From the NCBI GenBank assembly GCA_965237955.1, contig OZ250169.1, forward strand, positions 5,376,001-5,440,000: DNA of 64,000 bases, given 5' to 3'. A program made the translations under genes and the position numbers. This stretch comes from Candidatus Marinacidobacterales bacterium (GTDB lineage: Bacteria; Acidobacteriota; Vicinamibacteria; Marinacidobacterales; SMYC01). The notes below the pieces were generated by a model. That model was not told the origin of the DNA. It made no database searches and saw only the letters and a program-made list of their open reading frames with translations. Shown one piece after another: positions 1 through 9,286 of the stretch (the stretch's first letter is position 1; every line of letters starts with the position of its first letter).

Positions 1-2343
1 TTCCTCCAGGGCAAAGGTGCCTACGTCGCGAATCTCGATCTGCCCGGGATGGTTTATCTCGCCATCAAACGGAGTCCCTACGGGCACGTGAAGATCAAGA
101 AGATCAACACCAAGAAAGCCAAAGCGCATCCGGGCGTGGTCGCGGTGTTCACTGGACAAGACCTCATCGATAGCGGCGTCGGCGCGCTGCCGTGCGGCTG
201 GAACGTACCGAACATCAAAGTGCCCGTCCGCCAAGCGCTGACCGTCGACAAAGCCCGGCACGTCGGTGATGGAATTGCCGTTGTCGCTGCCGAAGACCCC
301 TACACCGCGGCCGACGCGGTGGAGCTCATCGACGTTGCGTATGACCCGCTGCCGGCGGTCGTCGACGCACGCAAGACCACTGATCTCGGCGTGTCGCTGG
401 TGCATGACGACGTTCCCGAGAACACCAGCTTCGAGTGGTCGCTCGGCGACAAAGATGCGTGCGACAAAGCGTTTTCGGAAGCCGACCATATTGTCGACCT
501 CGAGCTCACGAACCAAAGACTCATCGCGAACGCGATGGAGCCACGCGCTTGCGTGGCTCAGTGGAACAGCGCGACGGAAGAGATGACGGTGTGGACGACG
601 AGCCAGAACCCGCAGCCGATCCGGCTTCTTCTGAGCGCGTTCACGCTCCTCATTCCCGAGAACCGGCTGCGCGTGATCTCTCCCGACGTGGGCGGTGGCT
701 TCGGCAGCAAGATTCCCCACTACCCCGAGGAGATCATTACTCCCTGGGTCGCGCGGGCGCTCAACCGGCCGACCAAGTGGGTGGCGACGCGCTCGGAGTC
801 CGCGGTGACGGACTCTCAAGGCCGCGACCATGTGACCGTCGCGAGAATGGCTCTCAAGAAAGACGGCGAGATCTCCGGGGTGCACGTGTCGACGTGGGCG
901 AACATGGGCGCATACCTTTCGACGTTCGGGCCACTCATCCCGACCGCGTTCTACATCACGTTGTTTGCGGGCCTCTACAAAATGAAGGGCGTATGGGGCG
1001 AAGTGTTCGGAACCCTCACGAACACGGCACCGGTGGACGCGTATCGCGGAGCGGGTCGACCCGAAGCCGCTTACGTGATCGAGCGCCTCGTGGACGTGGC
1101 GGCTCACGAGCTCGGCATGGATCCGGTGGAGCTTCGCCGCAAGAACTTCATCGGCAAGAACGAGTTCCCCTATCAGACGCCGGTGGCGTTCCAATACGAC
1201 AGCGGCGATTACGACGCGGTGTTCGACAAGGCTACAAAGCTAGCGAACTACTCGAAGATGCGCGCCGAGCAGGACGATGCGCGGAGCGCTGGTCGCCTCG
1301 TCGGGATCGGGGTGAGCGGTTGCATCGAGGCGAGTGGTCCTGCGCCCTCTGCGGTTGCAGGCGCGCTCGGCGCCGCCGTGGGGTTTTGGGAGAGCGGCGT
1401 CGTTCGCGTCCATCCCACCGGGAAGGTAACGGTGCTTACGGGTTCCCACTCTCATGGTCAGGGCCATGAGACGACGTTCGCCCAGATCGTTGCGGACGAG
1501 CTCGGCGTCGAGATGGGCGACATCGAGGTCGTCCATGGCGATACCGGCAGAATTCCGTTCGGGATGGGCACCTATGGAAGTCGCAGCGCGGCTGTGGGAG
1601 GTAGCGCACTGGTCAAGAGCGCCCAGAAAGTTCGCACGAAGCTCAAGAAGATTGCGGCCCACCAGTTGGAAGCGGCGGTCGAGGACATGGTTTACGACCA
1701 GGCCGAGGGCAAAATCTACGTGAAAGGCTCGCCCCACAAAGCGAAACCGTTTGCCGAGCTTGCGTTCGCGGCCTACACCGCGCATGACCTTCCGCAAGGC
1801 CTCGAGCCCGGCCTCGAGGAGACCTCGTTTTACGATCCATCCAACTTCACGTTCCCGAACAGCGCGCATATCGCTCAAGCGGAGATCGATCCGGAAACGG
1901 GCGAGGTCGAGCTCCAGCGCTACATCGCCGTCGACGACGTCGGCAACGTCATCAACCCGATGCTCGTGGAAGCGCAGATCCAGGGCGGCATAGCTCAAGG
2001 GGCAGGTCAGGCGCTGTGGGAACAGGGCGTCTACGACGAGAGCGGCCAGCTCCTGACCGGTTCGCTCATGGAGTACGCGCTGCCACGGGCCCATGCCTTT
2101 CCGAACTTCGAGATCGGGCGCGTCGAGACACCGTCGCCTCACAATCCGCTCGGCGTCAAAGGCGCAGGGGAGATGGGCACCATCGCGAGCACGGTGTGCT
2201 TCGCCAACGCGGTGATGGACGCGCTCGCACCACTCGGCATTCGCCACCTCGACATGCCGTTGACGCCGAACAAGATTTGGAACGCGCTTCAGCGCGTCGG
2301 CGAACGCAAGACGGCCAAGGTCGAGTACTTTGGGGGAGATTGA
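1..2343 (+). CDS. coxL: Molybdopterin-binding large subunit, CO dehydrogenase/xanthine dehydrogenase family (form II CoxL-like); 5' end lies outside the window
   Basis: Frame open from base 1 (FLQGKGAYVANLDLPGM...). Motifs GGGFGSK, AYRGAGRPEA (form II signature, not form I AYRCSFR), HGQGHET, GTYGSRS, GVKGAGE. Confidence 0.9.
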   Translation, partial: FLQGKGAYVANLDLPGMVYLAIKRSPYGHVKIKKINTKKAKAHPGVVAVFTGQDLIDSGVGALPCGWNVPNIKVPVRQALTVDKARHVGDGIAVVAAEDPYTAADAVELIDVAYDPLPAVVDARKTTDLGVSLVHDDVPENTSFEWSLGDKDACDKAFSEADHIVDLELTNQRLIANAMEPRACVAQWNSATEEMTVWTTSQNPQPIRLLLSAFTLLIPENRLRVISPDVGGGFGSKIPHYPEEIITPWVARALNRPTKWVATRSESAVTDSQGRDHVTVARMALKKDGEISGVHVSTWANMGAYLSTFGPLIPTAFYITLFAGLYKMKGVWGEVFGTLTNTAPVDAYRGAGRPEAAYVIERLVDVAAHELGMDPVELRRKNFIGKNEFPYQTPVAFQYDSGDYDAVFDKATKLANYSKMRAEQDDARSAGRLVGIGVSGCIEASGPAPSAVAGALGAAVGFWESGVVRVHPTGKVTVLTGSHSHGQGHETTFAQIVADELGVEMGDIEVVHGDTGRIPFGMGTYGSRSAAVGGSALVKSAQKVRTKLKKIAAHQLEAAVEDMVYDQAEGKIYVKGSPHKAKPFAELAFAAYTAHDLPQGLEPGLEETSFYDPSNFTFPNSAHIAQAEIDPETGEVELQRYIAVDDVGNVINPMLVEAQIQGGIAQGAGQALWEQGVYDESGQLLTGSLMEYALPRAHAFPNFEIGRVETPSPHNPLGVKGAGEMGTIASTVCFANAVMDALAPLGIRHLDMPLTPNKIWNALQRVGERKTAKVEYFGGD

Positions 2344-2346
2344 GCC

Positions 2347-3219
2347 ATGTACCCAGCGAGCTTTGATTACTACCGGCCGAAGAACTTGAAGGAAGCCATT
2401 GCGCTTCTGCGAAAGAACAAAGATGCGAAGCTTCTCGCGGGCGGGCACAGCTTGCTCCCGGCGATGAAGCTCCGGGTGAGCTCGCCGAGCGCTGTCATCG
2501 ACATCGGGCGCATCAAAGGCCTCGATGGCATCAAGGCGTCGAAATCGAGCGTCAGAATCGGTGGCTTGACGACGCACGCCGCCGTCGAGAGCTCGAAGGA
2601 CGTGCGGAAAGTTTGCCCGGTGCTGGTTGAAGCGGCGGGGCACATCGGCGATCTGCAAGTCCGGAATCGCGGCACCATCGGCGGAAGCCTCGCCCACGCC
2701 GATCCGGCCGCAGACTACCCGACGGTCATGCTCGCGCTCGGGGCCGATATCACCGCAACGGGCGCTCGGGGCAAGCGCAAGATCGCCGCGGACAAGTTCT
2801 TCGTGGACCTATTCACGACAGGTTTGAAGGCGGGCGAGGTGCTCACGGAAGTCAGCGTGCCGGCGATGAAGGCGGGACAAGGTGCCTGCTACTTGAAGCA
2901 CGCGCATCCGGCGTCGAGCTACGCCGTCGTCGGCGTGGCGGCATTCGTGTCCTTGAAGAACGGCGTCGCGAAGGGTGTTCGACTCGCCATCGGCGGTGTG
3001 ACAACGACGCCGATTCTCGTGAGCAGTGTCGACGCTGCGCTGTCGGGGCAGTCCCCATCGGCGGAGGCGATCGCGGACGCGTGCCAATCGGTCCCGGAAG
3101 CTTTGGAGTATCCTCTGGGTGACATCTATGCGTCGGGCGAGTACCGCACCCATCTAGCGACCGTGCTCTCCCGCCGGGCATTGACGGAAGCCTTCAAGAG
3201 AGCCAAGAAGCAGAAGTAA
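2347..3219 (+). CDS. coxM: FAD-binding medium subunit (CoxM/CutM family)
   Basis: MYPASFDYYRP start, LAGGHSLLPAMKLR, QVRNRGTIGGSLAHADPAAD; GGGAG RBS upstream. Confidence 0.92.
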   Translation: MYPASFDYYRPKNLKEAIALLRKNKDAKLLAGGHSLLPAMKLRVSSPSAVIDIGRIKGLDGIKASKSSVRIGGLTTHAAVESSKDVRKVCPVLVEAAGHIGDLQVRNRGTIGGSLAHADPAADYPTVMLALGADITATGARGKRKIAADKFFVDLFTTGLKAGEVLTEVSVPAMKAGQGACYLKHAHPASSYAVVGVAAFVSLKNGVAKGVRLAIGGVTTTPILVSSVDAALSGQSPSAEAIADACQSVPEALEYPLGDIYASGEYRTHLATVLSRRALTEAFKRAKKQK

Positions 3220-3224
3220 CCCGT

Positions 3225-4112
3225 TTGAAAATAAAATCCATCGAGGAGCTTCAAGCCCAACTGCGGGACAAGCTCTACATCGCCGATCGCGGCCTAGCAA
3301 CAGCGATCTACCTTGCGCTCAAGCTCGAGCGGCCTCTCTTCTTGGAAGGCGAGGCGGGTGTCGGGAAGACCGAGATCGCCAAAGTGCTCACGGAGCTACT
3401 CGACACCGAGCTCATTCGGCTTCAGTGCTACGAAGGGCTCGACGTCAACCAGGCGGTGTACGAATGGAACTATACGCGCCAGATGATGCATATCCGGCTT
3501 GCCGAAAGCCGAGGCGAGAAGCTCGAAGAAAAAGATCTCTTCGGGTCCGAGTTTTTGTTGAAGCGGCCTCTTCTCAATGCCATCGATGCATCCGCGAAAA
3601 AGGCCCCCGTCCTCCTCATCGACGAAGTCGATCGCAGCGACGAAGAGTTCGAGGCATATCTGCTCGAGCTCCTCTCCGACTTCCAGGTGACGATTCCCGA
3701 GATCGGGACGTTCGAGGCCAAGCGCCGTCCGGTTGTCATCGTTACGTCGAACCGCACCCGTGAAGTGCACGACGCGCTCAAGAGACGCTGCCTGTATTTT
3801 TGGATCGACTACCCGACCTTCCAAAAGGAGCTCGAAATCGTCCGCGCGAAGCTGCCCGAAGCGTCCGAGCGCTTGTCGAGCCAGGTCACGCTGTTCGTCC
3901 AGGAGCTTCGCCGGATGGAGCTCTACAAAGTCCCGGGCGTGGCCGAGACGCTCGATTGGGTCAACGCTCTCCTCGCCTTCGACAAAGTAGCCCTCGACGA
4001 GAGCGTTGTGGAAGACACGTTGGGCGCGCTCCTGAAGTATCGCGACGACGTGGACAAAGTGAGGGGGGACCAGACTCAGGCCATTCTGGGCCGCGTGCAG
4101 GCCGCGGGTTAG
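3225..4112 (+). CDS. coxD: MoxR-type AAA+ ATPase (CoxD-like)
   Basis: Walker A GEAGVGKT, RLQCYEGLD, Walker B LLIDEVD, TSNRTREVHDALKRRC; TTG start. Confidence 0.9.
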   Translation: MKIKSIEELQAQLRDKLYIADRGLATAIYLALKLERPLFLEGEAGVGKTEIAKVLTELLDTELIRLQCYEGLDVNQAVYEWNYTRQMMHIRLAESRGEKLEEKDLFGSEFLLKRPLLNAIDASAKKAPVLLIDEVDRSDEEFEAYLLELLSDFQVTIPEIGTFEAKRRPVVIVTSNRTREVHDALKRRCLYFWIDYPTFQKELEIVRAKLPEASERLSSQVTLFVQELRRMELYKVPGVAETLDWVNALLAFDKVALDESVVEDTLGALLKYRDDVDKVRGDQTQAILGRVQAAG

Positions 4113-4114
4113 TC

Positions 4115-5305
4115 GTGCCAGCTCAGCCAGTTCAGAATGCCAAGAACCCCCATCATCTCCTCAGAAATCTCGTCTTGTTCGGACGCGTGCTCAGAGAGCT
4201 CGGGCTCGACGTCAACCCGGGTCGCATGATCGATCTCGTGCAAGCGCTCTCGCACGTCGACGTTGGGATTCGATCCGACTTCTATCACGCGGCTCGTTCG
4301 CTACTCGTTCATCGCCGCGACGACATTCCGCTCTTCGACGAAGCGTTCGACATGTTCTGGCAAAAGCCTCGCGGCGAGTGGAAGCTTCTCGAGATCCAGG
4401 GCCGCCGCATCCAACGAGCGCGCGCGAAACCGCTCGTCGTGCCTCCCAATGTACGGCCGGAGACGTTTCAAGAACCGCTTCCCCCCCTTCCCGATGCCGC
4501 CGAGACACGGCAGGTCATCGAGCTCACGAAAACCTACAGCGCGCGGGAGGCTCTGAGGAAGCGCGACTTTTCCGATCTGAGTGACGACGAGCTCGAAGAA
4601 GTACGACAGCTGATAGCCGGGCTCGTATGGAAGCTGGGCGAGCGCATCTCCCGGCGCCATCGCGTGGGGCGTGGGGACCGCCTCGATTTGCGGCGTACTC
4701 TTCGACAGAGTTTGCGCTACGGCGGTGAGGTGCTGACGTTCGCTCGCCGTGAGCCGCGGCGAAAACCGCGCCCCCTCGTCGTCATTGCCGATATCAGCGG
4801 CTCGATGGAGCGCTACACGCGGCTCCTGCTCCACTTCATTTACAGCTTGACGCAAGGGTTGAAACAGCGCGTGGAAGCGTTTGCGTTCGGAACACGGCTC
4901 ACGCGGTTGAGCCGGCACATGCGCCAGCGCGACGTCGAGCGGGCGCTCTCCGGCGTCTCGCACGCGGTCACCGACTGGTCGGGCGGCACGCGTATCGGCG
5001 AGAGTCTCGAGACCTTCAACTACGACTGGGCACGACGGGTCCTCGGTGGTGGCGCCGTCGTCCTCCTTATTAGTGATGGCTGGGACCGCGGGGATGCCGA
5101 GCTTCTTTCCAAGGAAGTCGACCGGCTGCGGCGGAGCTGCCATCGTTTGATTTGGCTCAACCCGCTTCTGGGCTCTCCCGAGTACGAGCCTTTGACTCGC
5201 GGTATGGTGGCGGCACTTCCTTATGTAGACGACTTCCTATCGGTGCATAATATGGAGAGCCTTGAGGAGCTTGCCCGGCATCTAGAAAGGCTTGAACGCC
5301 GATGA
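4115..5305 (+). CDS. coxE: VWA-domain protein (CoxE-like)
   Basis: MIDAS motif DISGSM, WSGGTRIG, ISDGWD, WLNPL. Start placed at the in-frame GTG 4115 just after the coxD stop. Confidence 0.88.
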   Translation: MPAQPVQNAKNPHHLLRNLVLFGRVLRELGLDVNPGRMIDLVQALSHVDVGIRSDFYHAARSLLVHRRDDIPLFDEAFDMFWQKPRGEWKLLEIQGRRIQRARAKPLVVPPNVRPETFQEPLPPLPDAAETRQVIELTKTYSAREALRKRDFSDLSDDELEEVRQLIAGLVWKLGERISRRHRVGRGDRLDLRRTLRQSLRYGGEVLTFARREPRRKPRPLVVIADISGSMERYTRLLLHFIYSLTQGLKQRVEAFAFGTRLTRLSRHMRQRDVERALSGVSHAVTDWSGGTRIGESLETFNYDWARRVLGGGAVVLLISDGWDRGDAELLSKEVDRLRRSCHRLIWLNPLLGSPEYEPLTRGMVAALPYVDDFLSVHNMESLEELARHLERLERR

Positions 5306-6312
5306 GTATTCGAGACATTGCCGCCGACGTCGACCGCTGGCGCGACGAGGGCGAAGACGTTGCTTTGGCGACGGTCGTCCGGACTTGGGGCTCCGGGCCA
5401 CGCGGTCCCGGCGCCAAAATGGCGATGACCAAGGACGCGCGTATCGCGGGCTCGGTCAGCGGGGGCTGTGTGGAATCTGCCGTCGTCGAGGAGGGGCGCG
5501 AGGTTCTCGAGACCGGCAAGCCAAAGCTTCTCCGATTCGGCGTGAGCGATGAGACCGCGTGGGACGTCGGGCTTTCGTGCGGCGGGACGATCGAAATCTT
5601 CGTCGAAGCCCTGACCGACGCGACCTACGAGCCGCTCAGGAGCGCGTTCGAGGAAGAGCGCGCGATTGCGAAGGCCACGGTCATCAAGGGCGAGCCCCTG
5701 GGGCAGACGGTCGTCGTCGACGATGGCACATCTGATGAGAGCGCGATTGCCGAAGCCGCACGAAAGGCTCTCGACAACGGGCGCTCCGAGCACGTTTCGA
5801 TAAACGAGCTCGAGCTCGAAGTGTTCGTCGATGTCGAGCTGCCGCCGCCGGTGCTGGTCATGGTGGGCGGGGTGCATGTCGCGGTCGCGTTGACGTCGAT
5901 AGCGGACGCGCTCGGCTATCGAACCGTCATCGTCGACCCGCGTGGTGTTTTCGGAAGCGAAGAGCGGTTTCCTCACGCGGGCGAGCTCATCCGCGAATGG
6001 CCGGACAAGGCGCTGAAGAAGCTGACCATCAACCGATCGACCGCCATTGCCACGCTTACCCACGATCCGAAGCTGGATGACCCGGCACTGGAAGTCGCTC
6101 TCCCGAGCCAAGCATTCTACGTTGGCGCCCTCGGCAGCAAGCGAACTCACGAGAAGCGCCGGCGCCGTCTTCTGGAGCGAGGAGTCACCGAAGAAGAGCT
6201 CGCGCGCGTGCACGCGCCCATCGGGTTATCCATTGGCTCGCGTTCTCCCGAAGAAATCGCGCTGTCGGTGATGGCGCAAATCGTTGCCACCCGCAACGGA
6301 GTGGCTCCCTAA
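5302..6312 (+). CDS. xdhC: XdhC/CoxF/CoxI family Moco-insertion accessory protein
   Basis: ATVVRTWGSGPR, GSVSGGCVE, GLSCGG, THDPKLDD, YVGALGS, PEEIALS; ATGA overlap with coxE. Confidence 0.9.
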   Translation: MSIRDIAADVDRWRDEGEDVALATVVRTWGSGPRGPGAKMAMTKDARIAGSVSGGCVESAVVEEGREVLETGKPKLLRFGVSDETAWDVGLSCGGTIEIFVEALTDATYEPLRSAFEEERAIAKATVIKGEPLGQTVVVDDGTSDESAIAEAARKALDNGRSEHVSINELELEVFVDVELPPPVLVMVGGVHVAVALTSIADALGYRTVIVDPRGVFGSEERFPHAGELIREWPDKALKKLTINRSTAIATLTHDPKLDDPALEVALPSQAFYVGALGSKRTHEKRRRRLLERGVTEEELARVHAPIGLSIGSRSPEEIALSVMAQIVATRNGVAP

Positions 6313-6313
6313 A

Positions 6314-7336
6314 ATGATGAAACGATTGTTCCTGCTGACGCTCTTCGCCTCGTCTTCCGCGCTTGCCGAAGAGCCCAATCAGCGCACTTTCGAGTTCACT
6401 TACATCGCGGAGCTCGACGTTCCCGAGGGCTCGGGGCGCGTGCAGATGTGGTTGCCGTATCCCAAGAGCGACGACTACCAAGACGTGCGGCTTCTCAGTA
6501 TCAAGTCACCGGTGCCGACGAAGCTCTATCAGGAGTACAGCTATCGGAACTCGATGTTGTTTCTCTCGATGCCTCCGGATAAGCTCGAGGGGCTCGACAA
6601 GCTCGACAAGCTCCGGGTCGAGATGTCGTTCCGGGTGATCCGGCGGGAGCACGCAGAACGCGATTTCGTGGCGCTCGAAGATCCGGACGGCTGGATCGAG
6701 TCGAGCGCGTCGAGATGGCTACGCCCCGACCGCCTCGTACCGCTCGACGATTTCATTCGCGACCAAGCCGAAGAGGTGACAGAAGGGAAGACCACCGTCG
6801 TCGAAAAAGCGAAGGCGATTTTCGACTACACCGTCGACAACTTGGAGTACGACAAGAGCGGCACGGGGTGGGGCCAAGGCGACATCTACTATGCGTGCGA
6901 CAAAAAGCGTGGCAACTGTACCGACTTCCATGCCGTGTTCATCGGGTTCGCGCGCGCCGTGGGGATTCCGGCGAAGTTTCAGATCGGGTTTCCCATCCCG
7001 ACGGCCTCGACAGCCTCGACAGCCTCGACAGATCGACGCGAAGCGGAGATCGCCGGCTATCACTGTTGGGCCGAATTCTATGTTCCCGGCTTCGGCTGGG
7101 TTCCGGTCGACACCTCACAAGCCCATCTGAACCCGGACAAGCGCGACTACTTCTTCGGTGCGCATGACGCGAACCGCATCGAGTTCACGGTTGGCCGAGA
7201 CATTACGCTCAACCCCAAGCAGTCCGTTCAGCCTCTGAACTACTTCATCTATCCCTACGCCGAGATCGACGGAAAGCCGGCCGGTGACGTTCGACGACAG
7301 TTCTTCTACAAGGACCTCGACCTCGTGGCGGAGTGA
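6314..7336 (+). CDS. Secreted transglutaminase-like (Cys-His-Asp) domain protein
   Basis: Signal peptide MMKRLFLLTLFASSSALA; GNCTDFH, HCWAEFY, GWVPVD motifs. Confidence 0.85.
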   Translation: MMKRLFLLTLFASSSALAEEPNQRTFEFTYIAELDVPEGSGRVQMWLPYPKSDDYQDVRLLSIKSPVPTKLYQEYSYRNSMLFLSMPPDKLEGLDKLDKLRVEMSFRVIRREHAERDFVALEDPDGWIESSASRWLRPDRLVPLDDFIRDQAEEVTEGKTTVVEKAKAIFDYTVDNLEYDKSGTGWGQGDIYYACDKKRGNCTDFHAVFIGFARAVGIPAKFQIGFPIPTASTASTASTDRREAEIAGYHCWAEFYVPGFGWVPVDTSQAHLNPDKRDYFFGAHDANRIEFTVGRDITLNPKQSVQPLNYFIYPYAEIDGKPAGDVRRQFFYKDLDLVAE

Positions 7337-8567
7337 AGCGCTCCTCACCGCGCTTCTCGTTACCGGCTCCACGCTGGTCTACTTCTATCGCCCTCAGATA
7401 GCGGATGAGCGGCGTTTCATTCTTACGCTGGCGGCAGCCGGGTTTTTCTTCGCTCCGATATCGAACCGGCCGCTCAGCCTGCTAATCTGGTTCCCGGCGG
7501 TCGCGCTTACGGCGTGGGGCGGGCGATTCGCCGCGATTGGCGATGGGGATCTCTGGCTCTGGCTCGCGTGCTCGATCGTAGGTGCCACCTGCGCGGTCCG
7601 TGCCGGCGGGCGCGCGGCAACGTACTACTTGCCGGTCGCGGGTAACGAAGCCGGCGTCACGATGAGGCGCACTATCCGGTTCGACTTGCAGATTTCGTTT
7701 CTTCTGTTCGCGGTCGTTTTCATCGGGGACGGATTCGAGACTATCTACCCTTTCGTCCGCGCCGTCGTCCTTCTGTTGTCAGCCGTGTGGTTTCTGCGGT
7801 ATCTGCTGTTGCAAGCCAAGTACCTCCGAGTTTCCGTGAAGCGGCTCGGGATGACCGGACTCGTACCGGCCCAGCGATGGCCGCTTCTGATCGTGGTGCT
7901 GGTCATGGGAGCGACTTGCGTTCCCGACCGATGGCTGCCCGGCGGTGATGACGGCCCGGTGTTGATGACATCGATGCTGGTTTTGATCCTCGCCGGTCTG
8001 ATCTTCGCCATGGCTCTGGTTCGATTGGGATGGCCGAGGCCGTTGATGCGTAAGACGAGCTTTCTGGCGGGAATGGGACTCGCTGTCGCGCTCGCCGCGG
8101 TCGTCGTCGAGCTGGTCGCGTGGGGCCCGGCCCGGTTCACGGCGTTTACCACGCTTTGTATGTTCGTGCTCCTTGTGGTGCCGTTCGCCCACACCACGAC
8201 GAAGCTATTCGACCCGTATCCACACGCGTCGGACCTCATCGGGCCACCGGTGCTATCGGTGATGGTCGCCCCTCTCACGGCGATGAACGGCTGGCGGTGG
8301 GAGCTGACGTCGACGGGCTTTTTGTTCGCATTCGCGGTGGTGATGCTCATCTACCATTTTGTCGTGGCCACTCGAGAGGGCTTCGGCGGACGTGTCTATC
8401 TGGCGGCCTCGCTCGCCGCGCTCGCGATTCTGTTTTTCTCGAACGGCACCGCATGGGCGGAGAGCGGAGCCGCGTGGAAGGTTTTCCTCATCGCGCTCGG
8501 CTTCTTGCTCTACGCCGTGGACGTGCGAGATCGTGCCGCGAATGTGGCGAAGCTCGCGCGAGCGTGA
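7333..8567 (+). CDS. Polytopic membrane protein of unknown function; likely 1-bp lesion at the start
   Basis: About 400 aa with many hydrophobic segments. GTG at 7333 overlaps the upstream TGA but is one base out of frame with the long ORF (gtgaa[a]gcgctc would give MKALLT). Confidence 0.6.
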
Positions 8568-9286
8568 AAAAAATCCAGCCAGACAGAGAAGACATGACCA
8601 ACAAACACCCTGGTCTTCTCATCCTCCGGTTCGACAACGTCTCCAAGCATTACCGTCAGCCGAGCGGCGATGTTCTGAAGGCGCTCGACGACGTGTCGTT
8701 CGAGATCAGCGCGGGAAAGAAGCTCGCAATCACGGGACGTAGCGGTAGCGGTAAATCGACGCTCTTGCACCTCGCTGCCGGCATCGACGTGCCGAGCGCA
8801 GGCGTGGTCTCGTTGCTCGGGCGCGACCTCGGTGGCCTCAGTGATCGAGAGCGCACTCTCGTCCGCCGTGACGACATCGGTTTGGTCTTTCAGTTCTTCT
8901 ATCTGCTGCCGCACCTCACCGTCTGGGAAAACGTCGCGCTTCCGGGATGGATCGCATCGGATAAATCCTTCGAAATGCGGACGCGAGAGCTTCTCGAGCG
9001 CGTCGGGCTCGCGGAACAAGCGACGCAGGCGGCGTCGAAGTTGAGCGGTGGAGAGATGCAGCGGGTCGCGATTTGTCGCGCGCTGTTGCGGAAGCCACGA
9101 CTGCTGCTTGCGGACGAGCCCACCGGAAACCTGGACGACGAGAACTCGGAGCTCGTGATGGACCTGCTCATGAAGCTCGTCGATGAGGAGGGCGGCGCGT
9201 TGCTCTACGTCACCCACAGCGATGAGCAAGCAGCGCAAGCGGATGAACGCCTCAGCCTCCATAGCGGAAAGCTCGAGCGGACGTGA
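8564..9286 (+). CDS. ABC transporter ATP-binding protein (LolD/AttE-like)
   Basis: GRSGSGKS, LSGGEMQRVAI, LLADEPTGNLD, VTH; start GTG 8564 or ATG 8594. Confidence 0.9.
   Translation: MKKIQPDREDMTNKHPGLLILRFDNVSKHYRQPSGDVLKALDDVSFEISAGKKLAITGRSGSGKSTLLHLAAGIDVPSAGVVSLLGRDLGGLSDRERTLVRRDDIGLVFQFFYLLPHLTVWENVALPGWIASDKSFEMRTRELLERVGLAEQATQAASKLSGGEMQRVAICRALLRKPRLLLADEPTGNLDDENSELVMDLLMKLVDEEGGALLYVTHSDEQAAQADERLSLHSGKLERT

Noticed and set aside
1240-2697. Long antisense or alternate-frame ORFs (also 14770-15987, 33860-35143, 28688-29692)
   Set aside because: Shadow ORFs of well-supported genes in GC-rich DNA, with no motifs of their own.
3800-4114. Long N-terminal extensions in the ORF track (coxE, ABC ATPase from 8120, pyk from 35854, GT2 from 36516)
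   Set aside because: They overlap neighbouring genes; family homology starts at the downstream starts used above.
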